Shown here piece by piece: positions 37,913-49,603 of a DNA stretch of 64,000 nucleotides. The stretch comes from a virus, in IMG/VR virus record IMGVR_UViG_3300044796_000222, positions 29,014-93,013 of that record; one strand, given 5' to 3'. The position numbers and the translations under genes were made by a program. The notes under the pieces are model-generated. The model was not told where the DNA came from. It searched no databases and was given only the letters and a program-made list of their open reading frames with translations. The stretch's first letter is position 1; the number at the start of each line of letters is the position of its first letter.

Positions 37913-38410
37913 GCTTGCCCCGCAACCATCTCGACACGCCCGCGCAAGATGTGGCCGAGCAAGAAGATCGCGTCGTAAAACGGGTCCAGTTGCGCCGCCG
38001 TGCCGTCCCAGATCGAAGGGAAGCCTTTCGATTTCGATCGTGTAGCCGGGATCTCTGTCTGCGTTTCGTTGGTCATGTTCCGTGCCTCTTCCGTGAAGAT
38101 TCTGCCACCGACGACGCTGATTCGCGTATCGGACCGTCAGAACCTAGCGATCGCGCTCAGTCTGTCAACTGGCGCTGGCAGCGATGCGTCCGTAGCTCAC
38201 GCGCCGTCGTGGCGCCTCGTCGTCTTCGCTGTCGACAGCCAGGAACGAATCGAAGCCGTTTCTGCTCTCGCCGAAAAGGTCGACGCGAGTTTGCTCTTCG
38301 CACGGTCGACAGACGGCGAACGGCATCGATGTGGCGATGGTGACTGTCGCTGGAGCCTTGCAGCAACGGAGGCAGATGCGGTTGGGCGGACCCGTGTTGT
38401 GCTTTTCCAT
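37909..38410 (-). other. Two small hypothetical genes (37909-38076, 38165-38410)
   Basis: Manual reading; the first overlaps the start of the terminase paralog. Confidence 0.45.
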
Positions 38411-38462
38411 GGGCCGAAGCATAATGTCGTTCTGCGATTCACGCAAGTGGTCGATTTGCCAG

Positions 38463-38491
38463 TTGACAGGATTCTTTGGGGTGACCATGTT
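38463..38491 (+). promoter_or_regulatory. Sigma70-like promoter
   Basis: TTGACA-N17-CATGTT upstream of 38536. Confidence 0.6.
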
Positions 38492-38535
38492 GGCGAAGTC
38501 TCTCGATACGGAACCAAGGAACAAGAGGAACGAAC

Positions 38536-39084
38536 ATGAATCTCGCTCAGATCCGCACGCAAATCGCAAACGTCGTTCAGTCGTCGAAGGACGCACTCGC
38601 GAGTTTCGATGCGATTTTCAGCGGCGTCGGCAACGCGCCCAAGACGTCCGCCACGGTCACGCCGGCAAAGAAGCGCGGTCGCCCCGAGAAGGCGAAGGCC
38701 GTCGCGAAGACCAGCGCCAAGGCGTCGAAGGCTCCCAAGGCGAAGGCAAAGAAGGTCGCGAAGGCGAAGTCGGCGACTCCGCATCCCGCGTCGCGCGCGC
38801 TCGGCAACGCGTCCGAGATTGACGCCGCGCTCGTCGGCGCGCTTCGAAACGCAGGCGAGCCGCTCGGAAAGGCCGCTTTGCTCGTCGCCGCCGGCCTCGC
38901 AAAGACGCACGAGGCTCGCGCCTCGGTCGCCCTGGCTCGCCTGAAGAACGACGGCGCGATCTCGATGAACGGCTCGCGACGCGGCGCGACTTATGAGTTG
39001 TCGACCCGCTCGAAGTCGAACGGCGCCTCCACGCATCCGGTCGTCGAGACCACCGCCAACACGAGCGCTTCCGCCGAAGCGTGA
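38536..39084 (+). CDS. Histone H1-like / AT-hook plus winged-helix DNA-binding protein
   Basis: KKRGRPEK, Lys/Ala-rich tract, C-terminal ALARLKNDGAI..NGSRRGATY. Confidence 0.75.
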   Translation: MNLAQIRTQIANVVQSSKDALASFDAIFSGVGNAPKTSATVTPAKKRGRPEKAKAVAKTSAKASKAPKAKAKKVAKAKSATPHPASRALGNASEIDAALVGALRNAGEPLGKAALLVAAGLAKTHEARASVALARLKNDGAISMNGSRRGATYELSTRSKSNGASTHPVVETTANTSASAEA

Positions 39085-39097
39085 GCCTGATACGACG

Positions 39098-39135
39098 ACG
39101 GCGACCGGGTTGAGCCTGGTCGCCGTTTTCGTTTT
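39098..39135 (+). terminator. Rho-independent terminator
   Basis: ACGGCGACCGGG/CCTGGTCGCCGT stem followed by TTTCGTTTT. Confidence 0.8.
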
Positions 39136-39136
39136 G

Positions 39137-40350
39137 TCAGACCACCTCCACCGTCAAGTCGTTGCCGGCCACCAGTCGCAGAACATCAACGAGCCGCTTC
39201 CTCTCTCCGATCAGCGCCCCGGCGGCGACACGGATCGCGCGCCAGTAGTGAACGCCGCACGCGCCACTCTCGCTCTGCCAGGTCTTCGACGCTTCGATCA
39301 TGTAGCGCCCGCAGGTCGTGAAGTAGACCCATGCGCCCTTCGCAGCGCGCTTCACTTTGGCGCGACCGACGTTAGGCAGAGGGAAGAGCGGCTCGGTCAT
39401 GACGATTCCCGTGGATCATACCCCAACGCCTCGCGACAGAACTCAGCGATCGCCACCCACAGATCGCCGAACACGTACGGCGGGTAGTCGGCGTCGAAAT
39501 CGAAGCGTGCGATGCGTGCGGCGTCGATGTAGGCGGTCGACCAGTCATCGCAGCCGACGCATACCTTATAAACGGCCATCCTGCCGTCGTACGATCCAGC
39601 GTGTCTCGCATACGCCTCGCCAACCGAGATCACGCATTGGCATTCCCAGCATCGGTGCGACTTACGCGCCTTCAGGCGAGCAACTGTCGAGAAGTCGGTC
39701 ATCGCCTCTCCATCTCGTAATTGGCAATCCAGCACACGCGGGGGTCCGGAGGCGCCAACTCCGCCTCCCGCATCGCCGCCCGTCTCAGCACGCGCAGATA
39801 CGTCACGATCTCCACGAACGCCTGCGCCGCATCGTTCCCGCGCGCCGCATCCGATTCGAGCATCGCTACGTTCGCAGCATCGGCCGCCAGCGCGTTCATG
39901 TCCTCGAACCTCTCCCGCGACGTCTCCCGGTTCAACGCGTTGTGGATCTTGTGGCTCCACACGATCATCGCGGCACCGGCGCGATTGGCGAAGGCGAGCG
40001 GCAGTCGATGCGCAGGCACCCGTTGCAGCCCGGTGGCGCGAAGATGCCGACGAGCGCGAACGTCGACAGCATGACGATGAACACGACGTCGGACCAGCGC
40101 TGGTAGAGTTGCTCGCGGAAGGTCATTCATGGCCTCCGATACAACAACACCAGCCCTTTTCGTCCGGCGTAGAGCAGACCGGCAGCACACTGTAGCCTTT
40201 CAGCCGCGCGTTGTGGCAGGCGATCTTCACTTCCTCAACGGTCATCGGCACTCCGTTTTTCAGAAGGAACGGCGCGATGTGGCGCCGAATATAAGCATCG
40301 CCGAAGCGGTCGCAGGTCGCGTCCATTTGCATGCCGTTCGGGGTCGTCAT
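39137..40350 (-). other. Five small hypothetical genes (39137-39400, 39397-39702, 39699-39968, 39965-40126, 40123-40350)
   Basis: Chain of ATGA overlaps; 39397-39702 has KARKxHxCxEC; 39965-40126 has a hydrophobic segment. Confidence 0.6.
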
Positions 40351-41765
40351 GCCGCCTGCCACTTCTCGAATTGAGAGAGCAGAGGCTTCGTGTCGTAGCC
40401 GACACGCATCGGGATCATCTCGACGCTGGATACGTATGACGAGCGCGCCACACGACCTGACACCGCGTCGATATACATCGAGAACGTGCCGTCATCGGTG
40501 TGGAAGCACCACGCTGGGATACCGGCGTCAACGATCTGCTTCTGGTATTGCGCAGCCAGCGCCGTGTCGATTCCGATCTTCGGGCACGCGTGCTTGTTGC
40601 CCAGCGCTTTGACGATATCGAGCCAGCCGGAGTAGTCGTGCGGCGTAACATCGCATCCACGCCCCGTCGTCTTGTAGCCAAGCAGCGTGAGCCGCAGGGA
40701 CGCCTTATGCGCCGCTGCCAGAACGCCCTCGAAATCACTCATTGGGCGACAACCCATCACGAACTGCACTGCGGCTCGGCGAGAACCGTGACACATATCG
40801 TTCGTCTCCACCTTCTTCGCTTTCAATGCTGCGGCGAACCTCCGAACATCGTCGCCAGTTTCAACCGAGAACGCGAAGGAGCCGATGACTGCGTTCAATC
40901 GACGAAACGTGTCGGCATCCTTGATCCACGCCAGCGAACGCGTCGTGAAGTTCGGCACGACGCCTTCCCTTCTGAGCAACTCGCAGAACTCGACGAACTT
41001 CGGGTGCAGCGTTGGCTCTCCACCGCCAATCGCCGCCTCGAACACCCGTAGATCACCAAGCGCATACGCGATCGAACTCATCGCGTCCCACTCCGCGTGA
41101 GCGCCAGTCGGCGTCGACCCCTGGTAGCAGTACGTGCAGCCGAAGTGGCACTGATCGGTGATTTTGATGTCGATCAGTTCAGGCGCGAATGCCTTTGTCG
41201 GAGCGGGCGCCTTCTCGTCGAACGACATGCGGATCTTGGCGCCGCTCCCACGAGAGAAAAGCGACCAGTAGTTCCCCTTGGCATCGAATCGCGCCACCGG
41301 GCTTTCCGTCTCTCGACCGAGACCGAGCCCAGCGTTGGCGCCGCTGCCGGCCATCGGGTGTCCATCGCTGTTGTCGTTGCCGCCGAGTACTACGACATCG
41401 TCGCGCAGCACGTGATCGCGCCACGACTGCGCGAAGTCGATATCCAATTCCGCGCCATCCCACGCGCGAGGCAACGCGATGTGGCTCTGGTGATCGACGC
41501 CGATTTCGTCGCTCCCCACGACGCCACTTATCGCCTCCGCAATCAGTTTCGCATTGCCTGCGTCGCACCCGATATTGCGGAGCGCCGTCGACATCTGCGC
41601 GTTGATGTAGAGCCGCTTAGACTCGGCCGACGAGAGCGTGAAGTCCTCCCATCCGAACATGTCGTCGTCGAAGTTGTCCCTCGGACGCGACTTGTTGACG
41701 AAAATCATCGAGTGAGACGACGACGAATTGGTTGCGTGCCCAAGCCTAACGTTATGGATCTTCAT
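40347..41765 (-). CDS. Radical SAM protein with N-terminal TNSSS domain
   Basis: CHFGCTYC (CxxxCxxC), AIGGGEPTLHP, VPNFTT; N-terminal RLGHATNSSSSHS. Confidence 0.9.
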   Translation of the reverse strand: MKIHNVRLGHATNSSSSHSMIFVNKSRPRDNFDDDMFGWEDFTLSSAESKRLYINAQMSTALRNIGCDAGNAKLIAEAISGVVGSDEIGVDHQSHIALPRAWDGAELDIDFAQSWRDHVLRDDVVVLGGNDNSDGHPMAGSGANAGLGLGRETESPVARFDAKGNYWSLFSRGSGAKIRMSFDEKAPAPTKAFAPELIDIKITDQCHFGCTYCYQGSTPTGAHAEWDAMSSIAYALGDLRVFEAAIGGGEPTLHPKFVEFCELLRREGVVPNFTTRSLAWIKDADTFRRLNAVIGSFAFSVETGDDVRRFAAALKAKKVETNDMCHGSRRAAVQFVMGCRPMSDFEGVLAAAHKASLRLTLLGYKTTGRGCDVTPHDYSGWLDIVKALGNKHACPKIGIDTALAAQYQKQIVDAGIPAWCFHTDDGTFSMYIDAVSGRVARSSYVSSVEMIPMRVGYDTKPLLSQFEKWQAA

Positions 41766-42052
41766 GTCGCTCTCCTTGGCGGCGGACTCATCGGCATGCC
41801 GCCTGAAATCTTCATCGGCCCCAGCTCGGCCGCACGCTTCACTTGCGCTGGCGTCAGCGGTGTCGGCTCGTCGAAGTCCGCGCCGAGCCCGAAGCGTTCG
41901 ATCATCTCGTTGACGACGCCACGCTGCCGTTCGGTCAGGCATGGGTACCGGTCAAGGCTCTGGCGCATGTCCTCCAGCATCACCGTCTGCGCGTCGGAGA
42001 GATTCTGGTCGAGTAGCGCATTCAACACGCGGACGTCGCGAGCGCGGTTCAC
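41762..42052 (-). CDS. Hypothetical protein (probable paralog of 52454-52756)
   Basis: Start/stop overlaps; shared QRG...GPM..PPP pattern. Confidence 0.55.
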   Translation of the reverse strand: MNRARDVRVLNALLDQNLSDAQTVMLEDMRQSLDRYPCLTERQRGVVNEMIERFGLGADFDEPTPLTPAQVKRAAELGPMKISGGMPMSPPPRRAT

Positions 42053-42230
42053 TTGGCCCTCTTCATGGAGCGCATGCAAGCAAAACAGCGTCTCGGCGAC
42101 GAGTCAAAAATGTTCCGCTCGCTCGTCGACTCCGCATTCGGCGCGCGCGTTCCGCAGATGCGCAGGTATACGCCGCTCTTCAGGACGCTGAAGTGCAGGA
42201 CGCCGTAGTGGAGTTTCTTCGCTGCCACTC

Positions 42231-42773
42231 TCACACCCTCTGCTGGCCAAGCGGGAGTTGCGTCGGGCGCGTCCACGCCTTTGCGGTAAGCATCGCGCGG
42301 GTGAGCAGGATGCGCGCGACCTCGGAGACACCAGCATCGCGCCCCGGCTCGGCCGCGTTCATCCGGTCAGCCTCCGAGGAAAGCCAGTCGCGCAACTCGT
42401 TCGGCAGTCGGATCGCCAACGCGGTCGTCTTCGTCTTGGAATCCAACTCGGCGACGTAGGCGTCCGCCTCTGGCTCGACAGTTACTTCGATCACTGGCTG
42501 GCGGACCTTCAGTTCGTAGTCCTTGATGAGCGACTCGACAAGGACAGATCCTCGGATCACGCGTTTGCCGTGCGTGATCGAGCGCACGCGTGGACGACCA
42601 TCGCTCAACACGTCATCCGCGCATTCAACGATTGTCGTGCGCGTGGTCGGCGGTTCTCCGTCCCTGGCCCTGCCGTGGATCGGCTCGCCGTAGGTGACTT
42701 CATAAATCACAGATCCAACGTTGGCGCTGAATCCGGTCGCTGACCAGTCCACGCTCAGTGATCCCCTTGACAT
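42231..42773 (-). CDS. Ribbon-helix-helix (Arc/CopG-like) domain protein
   Basis: C-terminal LAIRLPNELRDWL...VSEVARILL; AAGGAG RBS. Confidence 0.65.
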   Translation of the reverse strand: MSRGSLSVDWSATGFSANVGSVIYEVTYGEPIHGRARDGEPPTTRTTIVECADDVLSDGRPRVRSITHGKRVIRGSVLVESLIKDYELKVRQPVIEVTVEPEADAYVAELDSKTKTTALAIRLPNELRDWLSSEADRMNAAEPGRDAGVSEVARILLTRAMLTAKAWTRPTQLPLGQQRV

Positions 42774-42867
42774 CGTGGCTCCTTTTCGTTCACGAACTAC
42801 GCAGCAGTCACACCGTAAGCATCGTCGCCGCTCCGTCAAGTCCAGCGAGAAGGTCGGCAGCGCGCGC

Positions 42868-42895
42868 TTGACGACCGGCGCGACGTGCTTAGGTT
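42868..42895 (+). promoter_or_regulatory. Sigma70-like early promoter at a strand switch
   Basis: TTGACG-N16-TAGGTT, then GGAGG and ATG at 42913. Confidence 0.6.
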
Positions 42896-42912
42896 CTCGC
42901 TCGGAGGCAACG

Positions 42913-43209
42913 ATGGTCACGCAAGACAAGGACGGCAACGCTCACTGGATCTGCGACGCCTGCGAAGGCGCCGGAGAGGTGACGGCCGAGATCGACCACT
43001 GGTCGTACAAGTACGACTGCCACTATCAGACGACGCGCGCCGGCGAGTGCGACGCCTGCAATGGTCGCGGCGAGACCGACGATACGATGGCGCACGACTG
43101 GTCGGAGCTGGAAGCCGTATGCAACTGCCTCAAGTGCGTTCAAGCGGCTGAAGAGGACGACGGCGCATTCGATGGGTTGCCGGTTTTCGCACCGATGATG
43201 GAGGCATGA
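42913..43209 (+). CDS. CxxCxGxG zinc-finger protein
   Basis: CDACEGAG and CDACNGRG repeats. Confidence 0.7.
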   Translation: MVTQDKDGNAHWICDACEGAGEVTAEIDHWSYKYDCHYQTTRAGECDACNGRGETDDTMAHDWSELEAVCNCLKCVQAAEEDDGAFDGLPVFAPMMEA

Positions 43210-46200
43210 ATGGACCCCGCAGAACGAGAGATCGCGCTACTCGAAGAGCAACTGGACGACGCGACGCCTTCGCAACGCATCGAGATCCACCGCGCCATTC
43301 GCGACATCGAGCGCGAGTGCGCAGAGCAAGAGCGCTGGCGCGAGCAAGGTCGCGATAGGGGTTGGCGATGAGCGCCCATCCTTACACACCGGCTGTCGAC
43401 CTGATCGAGAAGGCGCTAGCCGCCGCTCGTGAGGCGTCGCGCGAGGCCGACTCGCTCCGAGAGAAGGCTGCGAAGTGGGACAAACTCTCGCCGACCGCTC
43501 GCCGACTGATCGAAGACGTCCAAGATATGCTGGTCGATCGTGAGACCAACACGACCACGCTCGAAGAGGACGTCATCAAAACGATCAACACGATCGAAGC
43601 GGTTTTTCTGGCCGAACTGCACGCGAATACGAGGAAGCGATGAAGAAGCAAGACGACGACGAGATGCCGGAAGATGAAATGCCTGGATTCCTTTTGGGCG
43701 AACTCGACGAGATGGAAAGTCAAATGAACGACTTGGCGAAGTACGCCGCGAACTTCGAGGCGCTCTCCGCCGACTCGAAAGCGGCGATCGACAAGATCGT
43801 GAGTTGCACCGCAGCGGGCGACCAGGACGGCTTCTATGACGCGCTCAACACGTTCAAGGCCAGCGCGCGCAGTTCGTACTTCGACGCGCGGAGTCGGCGA
43901 TGAGGCAGGCAGGCGACATGAAGCGATGCTCGACGTCGGGATGCAACGACTACCCGGTGCGCAACGGCGTCTGCCTCGAACATCTCATCGGCGCCGCGCG
44001 ACTCAATGCGCGCACGGGCGTCGCCGCGATGGAGGCCGGCGTCATGTCGGCGATGGTGACGATCAACGCACTTGCCGGTCAACTTCACCTCGAAGAGATC
44101 GAGCATGAACGCACCCAGGCCGCGCTCGTTGAGGCGCAGGACGAGGTTGAGGCGTTGAAGGCGAGGCTGGCCGGGTATGAAGAACTGGACCGGATCGCTC
44201 GTGAGTGTGACAACAATCCCATGCGCGAGCCGGGTGAGCCATGACCCCCGAAACCGAACTTGCCGTCCTGAAGGAGCGGCAGCGCTGTGCGGCGATTCTA
44301 CGGCGATACGCGGTTCTTATCGTTGGGCGCGCGAATCGCAGAGACAAGATGGAGATGGCGGTCGCCAACGGAATGGCTGACGCGTTCAACAATCTGGCGA
44401 CGAAGGTGATCGATGACGGCGACGTTACTGCGGAGATGCTGAAGCCGTGACCGACGCCGAAGATACGCTCGACGACGAAGACGTCTGTGGCCTCTGCGGA
44501 GAGCCGGGCGCCGACAAGTTTCCGCATCAGAATTACTGGCCTACGGAGCGCCGTCCCGACGCTCGATTCGTTCACGCCGACTGCGAGCAAGAGGAGTGCG
44601 GGCGAGCGTTCGTGGAGTACCGCCAGCGCGTCGGCGAGGAGGGCGTCAGCGCTTTTCTGAGGAGCATCCGATGACCGACCTCACCGTCTCCGAAGCGCTA
44701 GACTTCTTCGGTGTCGTCTTTCGAGGCAAGCATCACATCGACGCGGCGCTCAATAGCGAAGGTGGCGTCCACTGGATCAACCGCTACACCGGCGACATGG
44801 GTCTCTGCACGTTCGACGGCAACGAGTTGACGCGCTTGGTCTTGCTGGCGCATGAGCGCTGCATCCGCGTCTCCGTCGGACCGAGCGGCCCGCGCATGAT
44901 CAAGATCACGATCACCGGACGCGATCCGTCGAGCGAAACGATCATGTGCGGCCATCCGACGATCGAGCAAGCGATTGGCTCGTTCAGGGAGAACCGCTTC
45001 GGGCAACTCAGTCACGTACTTGGGAGGAAACGATGAGCGAAGGGTGGCGACGGTTCACGACGGTGGGGCAACTGCGGAAGGATCTCGAAGGCGTCGAGGA
45101 CGGCCTGATCGTGAGAGTCCGCGTTCTCAACCAAGCAACGCAGGAAGAGGCGTTCGGTCCCGTTCGGATGGCGGAACGAGTCGCCGTGGACGACGAGGAC
45201 GAGCAGTTCTCCGACGGGCCGGTCTTTCTCATCACGGCTGAAGACGAGTCGTATGGCGATGAGGACGAACTGTGACCGGCGAAGAGCGCAACACGCACTC
45301 CGTCATCGAGGTGGCGACGATACTCCACGGCACGTCGACCGGCTCCTACGGCAACGTCATGCGCGACGAGTTGGACGCTAAGGCTGCGTGGCTGAAGTCA
45401 CGAATCGAAGAAGGCTGGAACGAGCCGTCGACTCACTACGATCATGCTGTGCGTTGGATGGCGCGCGAATCACTCGCCGCCCATCAGAGAGCGTCGGATG
45501 TCGAGAACGGGCAGCCGACGCGTGATTGGCTCGTGCTCGCCGTAAAGAGCAGTCTTCAGCACTTCATGCTGTGCTGGTGGCGCGAAAAATCGCAGGGCTA
45601 CACCTACAACTTCGACGAAGCAGGCCGCTACTCGTTCAAGGAAGCGGTCGACTGCACGCGCGGCTCACGCGGCGAACATGTCATCGTCGCGCTCGCTGAC
45701 ATTCCGACGGACCGTGTGATCCGCATCGTTCACGACGGCGCCCTTCGTCGGCTTCAGAAACTTGCCATCGACCGTGGAGATCCGACATGACGATCCACTA
45801 CATGACGAGATGGGCGCTGACGGAAGGTGTCTACGAGATATATTTCGACCCCGACACTGCCGAGAAGGATGGTCGTGTGATGCTGGTCGATACGGTCGAC
45901 TATGATGGCGAAAGCAGCAGTGGATATTCGCAGCCGTTCTACCTGTATCCGCACGACTATCGAACTACCGAAGAAGCGGCGATGGCTGACGCTCGTGCGC
46001 GCGCCGCCAAACGCATCGCGTTGTTGGAGAACCGGATCAAGCGGTTGCGTCCCATCGCGAATGGCGAGAAGAAGCCGAAGATCAAGCCTTGGTCCAAGCG
46101 ACGCAACTGGCTCGGAAAATATTTTGATGACCTGGAGGCAGAGTGATTCCGACAGAAGAAATCGAAGCGGCGAGCGCGTGGGCGAAGAAGGCGCGCGCTT

Positions 46201-47815
46201 TCACCGTTAAGGCGTGCGGCGGAACGGGGAAGGCGAAGTGACCGCCCGCTCCGAAGTCGTGCAAGCGCTGAATTGGGCAGCCGATGAGAAAACGTCAGCG
46301 TGGACGATTACGCGCTGTCTGCTTATTGCCCTCGCGACCGGCAAGTTGAAGTCGCGTCGCCAACTCTGGCTCGGCAACGACGCGCGTATCGCACTGAAGC
46401 GGGACGCGATCCTCACCATCGAGCAAGAGGAGATCATGGTCGTCGCGTGGAAGGTGTCGAGAGAGGAAGGACGGAAGCGATGAGTTACGCTCGATTTTCG
46501 TACGCGTCCGTCTACGTGTTTCACAACAGCAACAACCAGTTGGAGTGCTGTTCGTGCAGCATCGAGCCGACGCGGCTGTTCCTGACGACGTTCCGATCGC
46601 AGATGATCGCTCACCTTCGGAAGCACGAGGAAGAAGGCGGCGACGTGGCGGGCGTGCCGGAGCGACTCGAAGACGAAATCGCTGGAATCGGCGACGATGT
46701 CACTGACGAAATCGGGAGGCACGCGGTTCGATGAGTCTCGGACCGTGGACGCTACTCGTCGGCACCGGCGGACGCATGGAGCGGCGCAATCGAAGCCGGA
46801 TGGTTATGCGCGTCTGGTGGGATAAGGCCGATACGACGTGGCGGTGGCTGGTCGACGTTACGATGCGCCACTCGATTAGCGGGAGCACGGGGACGCAGCA
46901 GCGAGCTTGTGAAGCGGCGGACGCCGCGTGGGAGAAGCGATGAGCTACGACATATATCTGCGCGGCGAGAAATGCGACAAGTGCGGGCATGCGCCAGAAG
47001 AGCCGGACTTGCCCAATCCGACGTACAACCTGACGCCCATCTTCGACCTCGCGCTCACCGGCGAGCCGCTGCCGAATGCGGACGTCCCAGAGGGCCATGT
47101 TGTTCTCCTCGGCGCCAAGACGGACCGGCCGCGCGGACTGCGACTGCTGTCAGGCCGCAAGGCGTCTGACACGAAGGCGATGTTGGCGAATGCGCTGGCG
47201 CGACTACGCGACCCGGCGTGGCACGACCGTTTCGTAGCTTTGGAGCCGTCGAACAAGTGGGGCGACTTGAAAGGCGCGGTGCGGGTTCTCGAAAAACTCG
47301 CCATCGCGGCTGACGAGTATCCGGGCAACGTGTGGGAGATTCATTGAGATGAGCGGCTGCGCCATCTGCACGTTCCCGCTCTTCAGGACGGAGCACTACG
47401 TCTGCCGGCCGTGCGTGAAGCGCGTGGGGTGGGAGCATATCGATGAATCGTCTGCGCCCATCGACCGCGAGACCGCCGTGAAGGTCGCCAAGCGCATGCG
47501 GCGCGACGGGCGGACCATGAGAGACATCTCCAACGTGCTCGCGGCGCTGAGGTATTTCAGGCCGTCTGGGTTCAGGCTGACGACGCTGGACGTGATGAAG
47601 TTGTTGGACTCATGAACGGCATGCGGCTGCACCTCATTTCGCAAACCGCCACGACGGCCGGCAATTTGTGTCATGCCGTGCTCGGTGATGATAGGTACAC
47701 GCTCTGCGGCAAGCCGTGTACGAAATGGTGCCGATGGGGTGCCGGAGTCGGCACAATGGCCAACGTCAACTGTAAGCGATGCCGGAAGATGATGGCGAAA
47801 AGCGGTGAACTGTAG
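43210..47815 (+). other. Array of about 17 small early hypothetical genes
   Basis: Near-continuous ATGA/GTGA overlaps, e.g. 43368-43643, 43640-43903, 43900-44244, 44241-44450, 44447-44674, 44671-45036, 45033-45275, 45272-45790, 45787-46146, 46480-46734, 46940-47347, 47349-47615, 47612-47815. Confidence 0.7.
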
Positions 47816-47842
47816 TTGACATCCGCGCAGGATGGTTATGTT
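47816..47842 (+). promoter_or_regulatory. Sigma70-like promoter of the recombination module
   Basis: TTGACA-N15-TATGTT (short spacer). Confidence 0.45.
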
Positions 47843-47848
47843 GCGGAG

Positions 47849-49600
47849 ATGGCGACACGAAAGAAGACGGATGCGATGGGGCAGGCGGAGTTGGGCGGCG
47901 GGGAGGGCTCATCGCATGGACTCATCCTGTCGACGCTCGAAATTCAGAACGTCAGGTCGATCACGAGGGCATCATTCGAGTTCGGTCCGATGGGCGCTGT
48001 TTTTTCGGGGGCCAGCGGGGCTGGGAAGAGTTCCGTGTTGAAAGCGGTTCTCGCGGTCCTTGGTCGCGCCGGTTTGGACGGGAAAATCGTGCGCAATGGC
48101 GAAGACGAGGCTCGCATCGAGATCGGCTTCAGCAACGGCGCGACCGTCGTCCAGAAGCAGAAGAAGGGCGGCGGCGCGGAGCCACCGAAGTTACTGCGCG
48201 ATGGCGTCAAAGGCGGCGTGAGCGATCTGCAATCGATGCTCGGCATCGGAGCGCCGGTCTTCGACGTTATATCGTACGCGAGCCTCGACAAAAAAGGCAT
48301 TCGCGCGCACGTCTTGGGGTGCATGCCTATGGCGCTCACGCCGGCATTCGCGGCGAAGTTTGCGCCTGACCTGCCGACGCACTTCACCTTCGAGGGTCAC
48401 GGGTTGGAGGCGTTGGCTCGTCTCGAAAAGGTCTACTACGACCGCCGATACGACGCGAACCGTGAAGCGGACAGGGCGAAGTCGGACGCCACGCGCGCCA
48501 TCGACGCTGCCGAGTTGGCATCACGCGGAGTCGCGGATGATGCGCCTTCGGTCGCCGACGCCGACGCGAAAGAGCGTGAGGCCGTCACCGCGCTCGCCGT
48601 GCTCCGCGCCGAAGCGTCGTCCGCCGACAAGGCGCGCGTCCAGCGTGATGTCACGTGGTCATCGATTCAGCGCAAACGTTCTGACGCAGAGAAGGCGATC
48701 GACGGCATCGAGCCTGTCGACCCGTCGCGATTCGCTGACGGTGAAGCGGCGCTCTCCGCCGCGAAGAAGAAGTTGGTCGAGTCAGAAGCGCTCGTCGTCG
48801 CCACGACCGCTCGCCAGAAGACCGTCATCGATCGCCACGCCGAAGAGCGTGCGGAGATGGAGCGACGCCACGCCGTCGAACGCAACGAGCAAGATGGCGA
48901 TGTCGACGAGGCGCGACTGCTCGACGCCGCGAATCGACAGGCGGAGCACAAGATCCTCGCCGGCATCGCGACGCTTCGTGAACGAGACGAGGCGTACAAG
49001 CGCGCCATCGCCCGCGCTGCGGAGTTGACCGCAGATGCCGACGAGGCGGAGCGCGCACTTGGAGCCACCGATGCGGCCAGCGTGTCACCGGAAGCAATCT
49101 CCGACGCGGAGGCGCGCATCGAGGCCGCACGAGTGGCGTGCGCCGCAGCTCGTCGTGCGGAGGCGGCGATGCTGGCGAAGAAGACGGCGGCCGACGCTCG
49201 CGCGAAAGCCAAGGCGTCGGTCGAGGCAGCCGAAGCACTCGACAAGATCGTGGTCGCGCTTCAGAAAGACGCGCCGGCCGCGCTCGCGATGGAAGCCGGC
49301 GGTATCCCCGGCATCCGCGTCACCGCCGACGACATCACCCTCGACGGCGTGAGCCTTATGGAGCGTAGTAGCGGAGAGCAGTTGCGAGATGGCGTCACTT
49401 TCGCGAAGCGTCTCGGCGCGCAGTCCAACTGGCGCGTGCTGTTCATAAATGACCTTAACAGGTTGGGGCCATCGGCCCAGCTTGATCTGCTCCGCGATGT
49501 CTGCGGCGACGGCTGGCAGGTGCTCGCCACGATCACCACTGACGACAAGACGCTGACGGTTCACGCGATCGATGAGAAGTATCTGTCAAAGCAGGAGTAA
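47849..49600 (+). CDS. SMC/RecN/SbcC-like ATPase
   Basis: LEIQNVRSI, Walker A GASGAGKSS, long coiled coil, signature SSGEQ, Walker B-like VLFIND. Confidence 0.85.
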   Translation: MATRKKTDAMGQAELGGGEGSSHGLILSTLEIQNVRSITRASFEFGPMGAVFSGASGAGKSSVLKAVLAVLGRAGLDGKIVRNGEDEARIEIGFSNGATVVQKQKKGGGAEPPKLLRDGVKGGVSDLQSMLGIGAPVFDVISYASLDKKGIRAHVLGCMPMALTPAFAAKFAPDLPTHFTFEGHGLEALARLEKVYYDRRYDANREADRAKSDATRAIDAAELASRGVADDAPSVADADAKEREAVTALAVLRAEASSADKARVQRDVTWSSIQRKRSDAEKAIDGIEPVDPSRFADGEAALSAAKKKLVESEALVVATTARQKTVIDRHAEERAEMERRHAVERNEQDGDVDEARLLDAANRQAEHKILAGIATLRERDEAYKRAIARAAELTADADEAERALGATDAASVSPEAISDAEARIEAARVACAAARRAEAAMLAKKTAADARAKAKASVEAAEALDKIVVALQKDAPAALAMEAGGIPGIRVTADDITLDGVSLMERSSGEQLRDGVTFAKRLGAQSNWRVLFINDLNRLGPSAQLDLLRDVCGDGWQVLATITTDDKTLTVHAIDEKYLSKQE

Positions 49601-49603
49601 GCC

